From Betaproteobacteria bacterium (GTDB lineage: Bacteria > Pseudomonadota > Gammaproteobacteria > Burkholderiales > Burkholderiaceae_C): a stretch of 56,121 nt of DNA. The translations under genes were made by a program, and so were the position numbers. This document shows positions 18,636 to 27,833 of the stretch, in pieces. The stretch lies in contig JAHECB010000001.1 of NCBI GenBank assembly GCA_024641925.1, forward strand, positions 1 through 56,121, in the 5' to 3' direction. Within the stretch, counting starts at the first letter, position 1. The number at the start of each line of letters is the position of its first letter. The notes under the pieces were generated by a model. The model worked only from the letters and a program-made list of their open reading frames with translations, ran no database searches and was not told the DNA's origin.

Positions 18636-19370
18636 GATGCACGTATCCCGCTGTTTGTGGACGGACAGGCCGTGGGTTCGGTGGACTGACACCCGATCCC
18701 CGCAGTGCAGTCATGGCCGCCGTGGCTGTCAGTGGAAGCCGGCGGCTTGCACCTGCTGATCGCGCGCGGACCGGTGCGCCACAACGCGCTGGCGGCCATG
18801 AAGACCGTGCTGCGAGAACTGGGCCTGACAGGGGGCTGGCGCGATGCACCCATCACCTGCCCAACCCGGGCACGGGTGACAAGTTGGCTCGCATGGACCG
18901 TGCTGCTGCGCGGTTCTGGGGCAGGCAGACGCCAAGGCGTGCACGCCAACGGCGACATCGCCGATCCCCAGGGCCGGCCGATCCATTTGTAGATGGCCCG
19001 CCGCGCTGCGGGCAAGGCCACCGACCCTGGCCTGCGGGACAAGCTGATCGGCGGTGGCCAGACACCGTATCAAGTGCTGGTGCGCGAAGGGCGAGAAGAA
19101 GCAGGCCTGCACGAAGATGTCGTCGCCCATTCCACGCCCCGTCGGGTTTTACGTCAGCAGCGTCGGTTGCCCGAAAGCCCTGCAGTCCGAAGACCTTCAC
19201 AGTTTTGTTTGTGCATGACTGCCAGCTGGGTACCCGTGAACCAGGATGGTGACGTTTCGGGCTCTGAATGCATGCCTGTGCCTCGGGCCCTGCAAGGCGC
19301 CGTGCAATTGGGGATAACGGCGGACGCCGCACCGGTGACGCTGGACTTTGTACGCCGCCATCTTTTGCAG
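18636..19370 (+). pseudogene. Decayed DUF4743/NUDIX hydrolase
   Basis: Fragments RIPLFVDGQAVGSV, GWRD, RMDRAAARFWG, VHANG, HL*MARR..KATDPG, LVREGREEAGL, NQDG, TLDFVRRH span several frames; stops at 18687 (TGA) and 18990 (TAG), at least 2 frameshifts; ends approximate. Confidence 0.85.
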
Positions 19371-19435
19371 CCAGTGGATGGCGTCAGCAGACGGTCCGGC
19401 GGGCGACGCCAGGGCACCGGCGCTGGCGGTCAGAC

Positions 19436-19699
19436 TCAGTCGTTGCGCTCGTGCCGGTCGGCCGCAGCAAACAGGTCGGCTGCAAAACTGCGATCGTGCT
19501 GGCTGACAGACTGGGCATAGGTGCGCAGTTCCGCCGCTTCGGCGACACGCTTGACCGTGGTGGCCGCAATGTAGCGCTCGGCACGGGCGGTACCAACCTT
19601 TTCGGCCCAATTCAGGCATGCGGCGAAGGCCGAAGCAAACCACTCCGCACCGCGCGGAGAGTTGGCCTGAACGGGTGTGTTGACGCTGATGGTGGTCAT
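19436..19699 (-). CDS. Small hypothetical protein (87 aa, ends FAADLFAAADRHERND)
   Basis: AAGGGA RBS before ATG 19699; divergent from LysR. Confidence 0.75.
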   Translation of the reverse strand: MTTISVNTPVQANSPRGAEWFASAFAACLNWAEKVGTARAERYIAATTVKRVAEAAELRTYAQSVSQHDRSFAADLFAAADRHERND

Positions 19700-19774
19700 G
19701 ATGGTTCCCTTCATTACGCCACCGAAATGGGGCGGCTTGAGCCGAATACTAGGGTTTACGCTAGTGTTGTGCAA

Positions 19775-19789
19775 ATGAATATTGAGCAT
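19775..19789. promoter_or_regulatory. Putative LysR recognition site (T-N11-A)
   Basis: ATG-N9-CAT dyad (ATGAATATTGAGCAT) in AT-rich divergent spacer. Confidence 0.45.
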
Positions 19790-19835
19790 GTAAGTTATAA
19801 ACAAATCCAATTTCACTCGACCGGAGCCTTCACCT

Positions 19836-20786
19836 GTGAACTTCCGCACGCTGGACCTGAACCTGCTGCGTGTTTTTGATGCCGTCATGGCCGAGGGCAG
19901 CTTGACACGTGCCGCGGCCAACCTGGCTATGACACAGCCCGCCGTCAGCCAGGCGCTGCGCCGCCTGCGCCTGGCGGCCGACCAGGACTTGTTTGTGCGC
20001 ACGGCCCATGGTGTACGCCCGACCCCCTACGCCCAGGGCCTGTGGCCTCAGGTTCGGGACGCCCTGGCCACCCTGCGACAGGCGCTGTCGCCCAGTGAAT
20101 TCGACCCCACCAAAGATGCTGTGCAGTTTCGTGTAGCCATGGCCGACGCCACCGCCGCCCTGCTGGCACCGCCTTTGGTGGACCACATTGAGCGCGAAGG
20201 GGTGCAGGTCAACCTGCGCGTGCTGCCCCTGACCACACGCGACCCTCGTCAACTGCTGGAACAGGACGAGGCCGATCTGGCCGTGGGTTTTTTCCCGGAG
20301 GTGGTGGCGTCCATCCAGGCACAAGGTGCCGATGGCACGCTGCGCTGCGAGCGAATCTATGACACCCGCTACGTGTGCGCGATGCGGCGCAACCACCCCT
20401 TGGCCACTCAGCCGCTGACATTGGATGCCTTCTGTGCAGCTGACCACCTGCTGGTCAGCTTTTCGGGCCGACCTTACGGCTTCACGGATCAGGCCTTGTC
20501 GTCACTGGGTCGGCAGCGCCGCATCGTGCTGACCGTGAACCAGTTTTTCACCGCCGGGCTGGTGGTCAAACGCTCCAACCTGCTGACCGTGCTACCCGAG
20601 CATTTCATGGCGGCCACAGGCTCTGGCGACAACCTGATCACGCGTGAGCTGCCCTTCCCGATGCCGCCCGTGCACGTGGCTATGTTGTGGCATCTGCGCC
20701 GCGAACATGTGGGTGCACACCGGTGGTTGCGACACCAGGTGATGCAGGCCACGGCCTTGCCAGTGGCCCAGACCGAAACTAGATGA
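19836..20786 (+). CDS. LysR family regulator (NodD/LeuO-like)
   Basis: LDLNLLRVFDAVM.EGSLTRAA.NL.MTQPAVSQAL.RLR; GTG start with GGAG RBS. Confidence 0.95.
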   Translation: MNFRTLDLNLLRVFDAVMAEGSLTRAAANLAMTQPAVSQALRRLRLAADQDLFVRTAHGVRPTPYAQGLWPQVRDALATLRQALSPSEFDPTKDAVQFRVAMADATAALLAPPLVDHIEREGVQVNLRVLPLTTRDPRQLLEQDEADLAVGFFPEVVASIQAQGADGTLRCERIYDTRYVCAMRRNHPLATQPLTLDAFCAADHLLVSFSGRPYGFTDQALSSLGRQRRIVLTVNQFFTAGLVVKRSNLLTVLPEHFMAATGSGDNLITRELPFPMPPVHVAMLWHLRREHVGAHRWLRHQVMQATALPVAQTETR

Positions 20787-21969
20787 CCGAGGCCAAAGCC
20801 GCCGCCGTGCGTTCAACGTTACCCGTGTTCAGTCCGGCCACACACATGCGGCCAGAGCGCACCAGGTAGACCCCGAATTCATCGCGCAGCCTGTCCACCT
20901 GCGCCGGGCTCAGCCCGGTGTAGCTGAACATGCCGCGCTGGGTCAGGAAGTAGTCGAACTGCCGCTCGGGTCGTTTGGCCGCCAGCACGGTGTGCAGGCT
21001 GTGCCGCATGGCCTGGATGCGCTGGCGCATGGCGTCCACGTCTGCCCGCCATGAGGCATTCAAGGTGGGGTCGGTCAACACCAGGCTGACGATGCCGGCT
21101 GCGTGGATCGGCGGGCTGGAGTAGTTGCGGCGCACGGTGGCCTGCAACTGACCCATCACCAGCGCCGCTTCTTCGCGATCGGCGCACACCAGACTCAGTG
21201 CGCCGGCGCGCTCACCGTACACGCTCATGCTCTTGGAAAACGAATTGGCCACCCAGAAACGCACGCCGCTACGGGCCAACGCTCGGATGGCAAAGGCGTC
21301 TTCTTCGATGCCGTCGCCGTAGCCCTGGTAGGCCAGGTCGATGAAAGGCAGCAGTTCACGCGCCTTGATCAAGGGGATCAGGGTCTCCCATTGCGCCGGG
21401 CTCAGGTCGACGCCGGTGGGGTTGTGGCAGCAGGCATGCAGCAGCACCAGGCTCTTGGCGGGCAACGCTTGCAAAGACTGCAGCATGGCATCGAATTTTA
21501 GCCCCCCCGTGGCTGCGTCGTAATAGGGGTAGGCGTGCACGGCCAGCCCCGCGCCTTCAAACATGGCTCGGTGGTTGTCCCAGGTGGGGTCCGAGACCCA
21601 CACCGCACTGCGGGGCAACCAGCGGTGCATGAAGTCGGCCGCCACTTTCAGGCCACCACTGGAGCCCACGGTCTGCAAGGTCACCACGCGGCCGCTGGCC
21701 AGAGCCTCGTGATCAGCGCCGAACAACAGTTGCTGAACCGCCTGCCGCATGGCGGGTGACCCTTCGATGGGCAAATAGGGCTTGGGCCTGGCCTCGGCGA
21801 GCATGGCGGCCTCGGCCCGGCTCACGGCATCCAGCGAGGGGATGCGCCCTGCGTCGTCGAAGTAGATGCCAATGGACAGGTTGACCTTGTCCTTGCGGGG
21901 ATCCTTCTGAAAAGCATCGTTCAGGCTCAGGATGGGGTCGCCGGCGTAGGGGTCAAGGTGGGCAAACAT
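20779..21969 (-). CDS. tyrB: Aromatic amino acid aminotransferase
   Basis: DPIL, NLSIGIY, PTWDNH, HACCHNPTG, DLAYQG, SFSKS..YGERAG, RGMFS. Confidence 0.92.
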   Translation of the reverse strand: MFAHLDPYAGDPILSLNDAFQKDPRKDKVNLSIGIYFDDAGRIPSLDAVSRAEAAMLAEARPKPYLPIEGSPAMRQAVQQLLFGADHEALASGRVVTLQTVGSSGGLKVAADFMHRWLPRSAVWVSDPTWDNHRAMFEGAGLAVHAYPYYDAATGGLKFDAMLQSLQALPAKSLVLLHACCHNPTGVDLSPAQWETLIPLIKARELLPFIDLAYQGYGDGIEEDAFAIRALARSGVRFWVANSFSKSMSVYGERAGALSLVCADREEAALVMGQLQATVRRNYSSPPIHAAGIVSLVLTDPTLNASWRADVDAMRQRIQAMRHSLHTVLAAKRPERQFDYFLTQRGMFSYTGLSPAQVDRLRDEFGVYLVRSGRMCVAGLNTGNVERTAAALASVI

Positions 21970-22014
21970 GGGTCAATCCTTCGTTTTGATGGGCGGCAAC
22001 AACGCGCGCAGGCC

Positions 22015-22518
22015 TCAGGCCTTGTCGGCCAGCGCCGCTTCAATGTCACGCCGCAGACCTTCGGGTGTGTCGTTGGGTGCGTAGCGCTTGAGCACCTGAC
22101 CATTGCGGCCAATCAGAAATTTGGTGAAATTCCACTTCACCGCCTCCGTGCCCAGCAATCCCGGCGCCTGCGCCTTCAGCCATCGCCACAACGGGTGCGC
22201 CTGCGCGCCGTTGACCTGAACCTTGGCCATCATCGGAAAACTGACCCCGAAATTCAGCTGGCAGAAACTGGCAATCTGTTCGTCGCTGCCGGGGTCCTGG
22301 GCACCAAACTGGTTGCTGGGAAAACCCACCACCATCAGACCCTGCCCGCGGTAATCGGACCAGAGTTTTTCCAGGCCGGCAAATTGCGGCGTGAAACCAC
22401 AGGCACTGGCCGTGTTGACGATGAGCAGCACCTTGCCGCGCTGGCTGGACAAATGCGCGGGCTTGCCGTCGATGGACAAGGCCTCGAAATCGTAAACCTT
22501 GCTTGCAGATGAGGGCAT
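22015..22518 (-). CDS. Glutathione peroxidase (Cys type)
   Basis: VNTASACGFTPQ, GFPSNQFG.QDPG, KWNFTKFL. Confidence 0.95.
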   Translation of the reverse strand: MPSSASKVYDFEALSIDGKPAHLSSQRGKVLLIVNTASACGFTPQFAGLEKLWSDYRGQGLMVVGFPSNQFGAQDPGSDEQIASFCQLNFGVSFPMMAKVQVNGAQAHPLWRWLKAQAPGLLGTEAVKWNFTKFLIGRNGQVLKRYAPNDTPEGLRRDIEAALADKA

Positions 22519-22623
22519 GAATCGTCCCATGGGTGGTTGGACAGCGCGGCGAGTGCACCCAAACCAGGCACACCGGGCGGCGGGCTGGCAGGGCCCGGCG
22601 CGCCGTGTCGCATCGGCACGATA

Positions 22624-23520
22624 TCAGTCTCGCAGCGACAGCAAGGTTGCCGCCACGATCAGGCTGCCCCCCAGCACCAACGGGACGCTGACCTGCCCCG
22701 CACCCAGCAACACAGCTGAACCCGAGGCGAACAGGATTTCGCTGATCATCACCACGGCCGTCACACTGGCCGGCAGCCGCGACGCGCCAAATTGCAGCGC
22801 CAGGTTGGACAGCACAAACAGCGCTCCCAGCGCCAGGCTACCCAGCAACCAAGGCCAGGCCAGGGCCGGCAGGCCTTGACCCGGCCCCTGTGTAGCCACC
22901 ACCATGGCCAGCGCCAAGGAAACCAACGCGCCGCCCAGGAACATGGCCATGGCGCGGGCGGCAGCGGGCTGAGCCGACTCGCGCTTGAGCAGCACGTTGT
23001 TCAGTGCAAAGCTGAAGCCCCCCAGCACCGCCAGCCACTCCGGCAAAGCGCTGGGCAGCGGCAGGCCGCCTTGTTCGGGCCACAACACCACTGCGGCTCC
23101 CGTCAGGGCCATGGCCACACGCAAGCCAGCGGCCAAGGTCAGCGCTTCGTTCAACAGCAGCCGCGCCAACAACACCGCCCACAAAGGCATCAGGTAAAAC
23201 AGCAGCACCACGCGAACCACGTCGCCCGTGGTCACGGCCCAGTTGAAACAGGCGTTGGTGGTGCCCGCTGCCAGCACCAACATCCACAGCGACCGGGTGC
23301 CTGCCAGCTGGCCAAAGGCCTGTGGGCGCCAGAGTCCGATGCCCACCACGGCCACCAGGAAAATCAAGGCTGTGGCCCACAGCGGATGCAGGCCCAGCGC
23401 CTGCAATTGCCGCAACGGCCACCAGGACACGCCCCAGACCGCCGCGTTGAACAGCAGGCTCATCACCGGCAAGGCCCATGCGCCCGCGGCCAGAAAGCGC
23501 AGATCGCGCCCGGTCGTCAC
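22624..23520 (-). CDS. DMT/EamA family transporter
   Basis: About 10 hydrophobic segments in two EamA-like repeats; overlaps lplT stop by 4 nt. Confidence 0.85.
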   Translation of the reverse strand: MTTGRDLRFLAAGAWALPVMSLLFNAAVWGVSWWPLRQLQALGLHPLWATALIFLVAVVGIGLWRPQAFGQLAGTRSLWMLVLAAGTTNACFNWAVTTGDVVRVVLLFYLMPLWAVLLARLLLNEALTLAAGLRVAMALTGAAVVLWPEQGGLPLPSALPEWLAVLGGFSFALNNVLLKRESAQPAAARAMAMFLGGALVSLALAMVVATQGPGQGLPALAWPWLLGSLALGALFVLSNLALQFGASRLPASVTAVVMISEILFASGSAVLLGAGQVSVPLVLGGSLIVAATLLSLRD

Positions 23521-24794
23521 GGGTGGTCGCTGCGGGCGATGGTCAGCAGGCGCTGGATTTCGGTAGCGTGCAGCACCAGATTGCGTTTGTACCAGCGACG
23601 GATGAGCTCCATCACGACCGCTACCAACAAGCCAAACAGGGTGATGGCCATGAAGGCCGACAAGCCAAAGCGGGTCATGCCGGCATAAAAGGCGCCCAAG
23701 CCCAGGATGCAGGCCTGTTCATTGAAATTCTGCACGGCAATCGAACGTCCGGCGCCCATCAGGTTGTGGCCCCGGTGTTGCAGCAACGCATTCATGGGCA
23801 CGATGAGAAAGCCGCACAAGGCACCCAGCAGTATCAGGAATGGCGCGGCCACCCAGACGTTGGTCATCACCACCAGGCCGATCATCAGGATGCCGATGAC
23901 GATGCCCAGCGGAATCACCTTCACCGCGTGTTCCAGCTTCATCTTGCTGGAAGCCGCCACGGCACCGATCACCGAACCGATGATGACCACGCCGGCCAGA
24001 TTGGACGCCTGTGTGGTGGCGTAACCCAGCGCCGCCGCAGCCCAGGCAAACACAATGACGCGCAGGTTGCCGAAAATGCCCCACAGCAGCGTTGTCGTGG
24101 CCAGTGTGATCTGGCCCAGCCGATCGGCCCACAGTCGGGAGTTGCATTGTGAAAAGTCGCGCACCAGGAACAGCAGATTACCCCTCATGGGCTGCAGCGG
24201 CGCGTCGGTGCGGGGGATATACAGGTTGAAAATGGCCGCGATGATGTAGAGAAAGACAATCACCGAAATGGCGGCCTCTGGCGCGGTGTCGATGCCCGTG
24301 TTCAGCAACGGCAGGTCAATCGACAGCAAGGTCGGCGCGATCCGGGCACCCACCAGCTGCCCACCCAGCAGGATGCCCAAAATGATCGAGCCGACCGTCA
24401 GGCCCTCGATCCAGCCATTACCTTTGACCAGTTGCGAAGCCGGCAGCAGCTCGGTCAGGATGCCGTATTTGGCCGGCGAGTAGGCCGCCGCCCCCAGGCC
24501 CACGATGGCGTAGGCCATCAACGGGTGCCCACCGAACAGCATCATCAGGCAGCCCACCACCTTGATGGAATTGCTGATCAGCATCACCTTGCCCTTGGGC
24601 AAGGCGTCGGCAAACGCGCCCACAAACGGCGCCAGCACCACATAGAACAAGGCAAACATGGGCGCCAGCGCGGGTGTCTGCCATGCGGGTGCCTTGGACA
24701 TCCGGAGCAGTTCGATGGCAGCGACGAGCAGCGCGTTATCAGCCAGCGAGCTGAAGAACTGCGCCGACATGATCGTCGAGAAGCCTTTTTTCAT
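23517..24794 (-). CDS. lplT: Lysophospholipid transporter (MFS)
   Basis: AQFFSSLADNAL, YSPAKYGILTE, NGWIEG, NALLQHRG, SIAVQNFNE; divergent from alr. Confidence 0.92.
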   Translation of the reverse strand: MKKGFSTIMSAQFFSSLADNALLVAAIELLRMSKAPAWQTPALAPMFALFYVVLAPFVGAFADALPKGKVMLISNSIKVVGCLMMLFGGHPLMAYAIVGLGAAAYSPAKYGILTELLPASQLVKGNGWIEGLTVGSIILGILLGGQLVGARIAPTLLSIDLPLLNTGIDTAPEAAISVIVFLYIIAAIFNLYIPRTDAPLQPMRGNLLFLVRDFSQCNSRLWADRLGQITLATTTLLWGIFGNLRVIVFAWAAAALGYATTQASNLAGVVIIGSVIGAVAASSKMKLEHAVKVIPLGIVIGILMIGLVVMTNVWVAAPFLILLGALCGFLIVPMNALLQHRGHNLMGAGRSIAVQNFNEQACILGLGAFYAGMTRFGLSAFMAITLFGLLVAVVMELIRRWYKRNLVLHATEIQRLLTIARSDHP

Positions 24795-25011
24795 TCTGTC
24801 GTGCGCGTACTGCACCCCAACGCCGATCGGGCTGGTAGGGCCGCACTTGGTCTCCGTATAGGGCTGCCGACTGGCCAACCAGGGCCGGCGGGTTATAGCA
24901 TGCGGGGTCAAGCCGACCCTAAGCCCGCAGGCGGCCAGCGGCCCACCCTATCCAGCCCTGTGCAGTTTGACGCAGGCCCGGAGCCCTGCCCAACTGGAAA
25001 GAGCACCTGCC

Positions 25012-26106
25012 ATGCCACGTCCCATTGAAGCACTGATCCATACCGCGGCACTGGCACACAACCTGGTACGTGCGCGCCAGGCTCAGCCCGATGCGCGGGT
25101 TTGGGCGGTGGTCAAGGCCAATGCCTATGGCCATGGCATCGAACGGGCGTTTGCAGGCCTGCAGCAGGCCGACGGTTTTGCCTTGCTGGACCTGGCCGAG
25201 GCGCAACGCGTTCGCAGCCTGGGTTGGCGGGGCCCGATCTTGCTGCTGGAGGGTGTGTTCGAGCCGCGGGACCTTGAACTGTGTTCACGTCTGCAGCTTT
25301 GGCATGTGGTGCACAACACCGAGCAGGTCGACTGGCTGGCAGCTCACAAGACCCAGCAAGGCCACCGTGTGTTCCTGAAGATGAACAGCGGCATGAACCG
25401 TCTGGGGTTCAGGCCCGAGATCTACCGCAGCGTATGGGCACGCTTGTCCGCATTGCCGCAGGTTGACGAGATCAGCCTGATGACGCACTTCTCGGATGCT
25501 GACGCCACACGGGGCATCGACCATCAGGTCAACACATTCGAGGCCATCACCCACGATCTGGGGGGCGAACGCAGCCTGTCCAACAGTGCGGCCATCCTGC
25601 GCCACCGGACGCTGCCGCTGCGCAACGACTGGGTACGCGCGGGCATCCTGAATTACGGCAGTTCGCCCGACTACCCCGAGCACAGCATCGAACACTGGCA
25701 GCTGCAACCCACGATGACGCTTCGCGCCAGCATCATCGCCATACAGACGCTGCAGGCTGGCGACACCGTGGGCTATGGCAGCAGCTACACCGCGACCAGC
25801 GCTCAACGCATCGGCATCGTGGCCTGTGGGTATGCCGACGGCTATCCGCGACACGCGGGCACGGGCACGCCCGTTCTGGTGGACGGACAGCGCACCACGA
25901 CCGTGGGTCGGGTCTCGATGGACATGCTGGCTGTTGACCTGGGGCCGGTACCGCATGCCGGCACCGGCACCCAAGTCACCTTGTGGGGCCAAGGACCCAA
26001 TGGGTCCGTGCTGGGCATCGACGAAGTCGCTCAGGCGGCGGGTACGATCGGATACGAGTTGATGTGCGCGCTGGCTGGCCGGGTGCCCGTTGTTGTTGTT
26101 GAATAG
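25012..26106 (+). CDS. alr: Alanine racemase
   Basis: [11 protein letters not shown] (PLP Lys), [35 protein letters not shown]. Confidence 0.96.
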   Translation: MPRPIEALIHTAALAHNLVRARQAQPDARVWAVVKANAYGHGIERAFAGLQQADGFALLDLAEAQRVRSLGWRGPILLLEGVFEPRDLELCSRLQLWHVVHNTEQVDWLAAHKTQQGHRVFLKMNSGMNRLGFRPEIYRSVWARLSALPQVDEISLMTHFSDADATRGIDHQVNTFEAITHDLGGERSLSNSAAILRHRTLPLRNDWVRAGILNYGSSPDYPEHSIEHWQLQPTMTLRASIIAIQTLQAGDTVGYGSSYTATSAQRIGIVACGYADGYPRHAGTGTPVLVDGQRTTTVGRVSMDMLAVDLGPVPHAGTGTQVTLWGQGPNGSVLGIDEVAQAAGTIGYELMCALAGRVPVVVVE

Positions 26107-26144
26107 CGTATCCGTCCCCTATCAAATTCCAGGAGTAACCGAAC

Positions 26145-26399
26145 ATGATTGGAACCCTCATCGTTGGCTTGATCGTTGGCGCACTCGCGCGTTTTCTGAT
26201 GCCTGGTGAACAGAAAATGGGCATCATCCTGACCATCGTTCTTGGCGTTGCCGGTTCGTTTGTAGCGGGTTTTGCAGGGCAAGCCCTGGGCCTGTACCGG
26301 GCTGGCGCAGGCGCCGGTTTTCTGGGTTCGCTGGTTGGTGCGCTGGTGCTGCTCTTTGTCGTAGGCAAACTGCGCAAGGATGGCGGCACGTCAGCCTGA
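26145..26399 (+). CDS. GlsB/YeaQ/YmgE family stress membrane protein
   Basis: IVGLIVGALARFLMPG..MG..LTIVLGVAGS...GSLVGA; AGGAG RBS. Confidence 0.9.
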   Translation: MIGTLIVGLIVGALARFLMPGEQKMGIILTIVLGVAGSFVAGFAGQALGLYRAGAGAGFLGSLVGALVLLFVVGKLRKDGGTSA

Positions 26400-26445
26400 T
26401 CCAGCGGCGGCAGCGCCACTGGCGAGTTGTGCTGCCCTTCATCAC

Positions 26446-26856
26446 ATGACACGCCGCCTGTTGCTGAACCCGGCAGACGTCGAATTCACGGCCATACGAG
26501 CCCAGGGCGCTGGCGGCCAGAATGTCAACAAGGTGTCCAGTGCCGCGCACCTGCGATTTGACATCTCGGCGTCATCCTTGCCTGATGCCGCCAAACTGCA
26601 GCTGGCGCAATGGCCGGACCAGCGCATCAGCGATGCAGGCGTGGTCATCATCAAGGCGCAGACCCACCGCAGCCTGCCACGCAACCAGGCCGACGCGCTC
26701 GCGCGCCTGCAGGCGCTGCTGGACTTGGCCCTCACCCCAGAGGCCCCCAGGCTGGCCACCAAACCCACTCGGGCCTCCAAGCGGCGGCGCCTGGAGCAAA
26801 AAAGTCGGCGCGGCGCCACCAAATTGTCGAGGCGAAACGGTTTGTCGGGTGAGTAG
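26446..26856 (+). CDS. arfB: Alternative ribosome rescue factor B
   Basis: RAQGAGGQNVNKVSSA (GGQ) and basic tail TKPTRASKRRRLEQK.RR. Confidence 0.93.
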   Translation: MTRRLLLNPADVEFTAIRAQGAGGQNVNKVSSAAHLRFDISASSLPDAAKLQLAQWPDQRISDAGVVIIKAQTHRSLPRNQADALARLQALLDLALTPEAPRLATKPTRASKRRRLEQKSRRGATKLSRRNGLSGE

Positions 26857-26906
26857 ACACGGCCCAACGAAAAGCACTGCGGCTGCGACCCCTCATTGAA
26901 CAGACG

Positions 26907-26933
26907 AAAAAAAGCCCGGCAATGCCGGGCCTT
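26907..26933 (-). terminator. Intrinsic terminator of PEP-CTERM gene
   Basis: Minus strand GCCCGGCA-T-TGCCGGGC stem followed by T7. Confidence 0.85.
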
Positions 26934-26958
26934 AGGAAGCGTGAAGCTTGAGCTTCGA

Positions 26959-27621
26959 TCAGGACTTGCGGCGGCTGGCAGCACCAGCAGCAGCCAGGGC
27001 CAGACCGACCAGCGCCAGCGACGTGGGCTCAGGCACGGGGGTGGAAGGACGTACGTCATAGCTGAAGCCGAACTGGTCGGCCGTCAGGTCCCAGCCACTA
27101 GCACCCGTCAGCTTCAGGCCCAGCGTGCCACCACCCGCCAGGCTGACGATTTGCGCAGGGCTCAGGCCAAAGCTCAGGCCCTGGTTGGCGGTGTTGGGGG
27201 CAATGGCGAAGTTCGCCAGGGGGTTGCCATTCAGCGTAAACGCCAAGTTCGTGGGGTTGCCGTCGGACTGAACCACCTGCATGAAGAATGAAGGGCTGAG
27301 CGCGTCGGCAGGCAACAGGCCCGCGGCAATCGACCAGTTCAGCGTGACCTCGGAGCTGCGGCCGCTGGCGTTGGCCACTTCCAGCAGGCCCACGGGGAAG
27401 GTGCCTGAGCCGATGGTCACGGTCGCGCCATTGCCGTCGGCAGGGCCGGCCAGCGTGGTGATCGTGCCGGAACGAACGGCATCGCTGAAAGCGGTGGTAG
27501 CGCCCAGAGCGGCCGACAGAGGGCCGACGTTGGGGCTGTTGAAATCATCGATGGTGACCACAACAGCAGAGGCCATTGTGCTGGCGGCCAGAGCAGCGAT
27601 CGCCAAGAGAGTGCGTTTCAT
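26959..27621 (-). CDS. PEP-CTERM sorting domain protein
   Basis: Signal peptide MKRTLLAIAALAASTMASA; C-terminal VPEPTSLALVGLALAAAGAASRRKS; AGGAG RBS. Confidence 0.95.
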   Translation of the reverse strand: MKRTLLAIAALAASTMASAVVVTIDDFNSPNVGPLSAALGATTAFSDAVRSGTITTLAGPADGNGATVTIGSGTFPVGLLEVANASGRSSEVTLNWSIAAGLLPADALSPSFFMQVVQSDGNPTNLAFTLNGNPLANFAIAPNTANQGLSFGLSPAQIVSLAGGGTLGLKLTGASGWDLTADQFGFSYDVRPSTPVPEPTSLALVGLALAAAGAASRRKS

Positions 27622-27674
27622 ATTTGACTCCTGAAATTGCATTGAACACGGGTTTGGTTCCCGACAGCAATGAA

Positions 27675-27690
27675 AGCACACTCTGTGCCA
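27675..27690 (-). promoter_or_regulatory. Sigma54 -24/-12 promoter
   Basis: TGGCACAGAGTGTGCT, GG-N10-GC spacing, upstream of PEP-CTERM gene. Confidence 0.75.
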
Positions 27691-27706
27691 ACTTAAAAAA
27701 CCGTCA

Positions 27707-27719
27707 TAAGTCATTGATT
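27707..27719 (-). promoter_or_regulatory. IHF binding site
   Basis: AATCAATGACTTA is an exact match to WATCAANNNNTTR, between sigma54 promoter and putative enhancer. Confidence 0.7.
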
Positions 27720-27765
27720 TATATAGCCCTGAACTCTACCCCCCCCGATTCAGGGGGGTTGCGAC

Positions 27766-27782
27766 TGTAAAACTTGCCGACA
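27766..27782. promoter_or_regulatory. Putative enhancer-binding-protein site (PrsR-type)
   Basis: TGT-N11-ACA (TGTAAAACTTGCCGACA) about 75-90 nt upstream of the -24 element. Confidence 0.55.
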
Positions 27783-27833
27783 CCCCCTGAGGGACTCCAA
27801 AGTCTGGCTTTTCCCAGGGCACACAATCTGCAA

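Noticed and set aside
20779-20786. 8-nt convergent overlap of LysR and tyrB
   Set aside because: Short tail-to-tail overlaps are common and not informative alone
22015-22530. Selenocysteine in glutathione peroxidase
   Set aside because: Active-site codon is TGT (Cys) and there is no in-frame TGA
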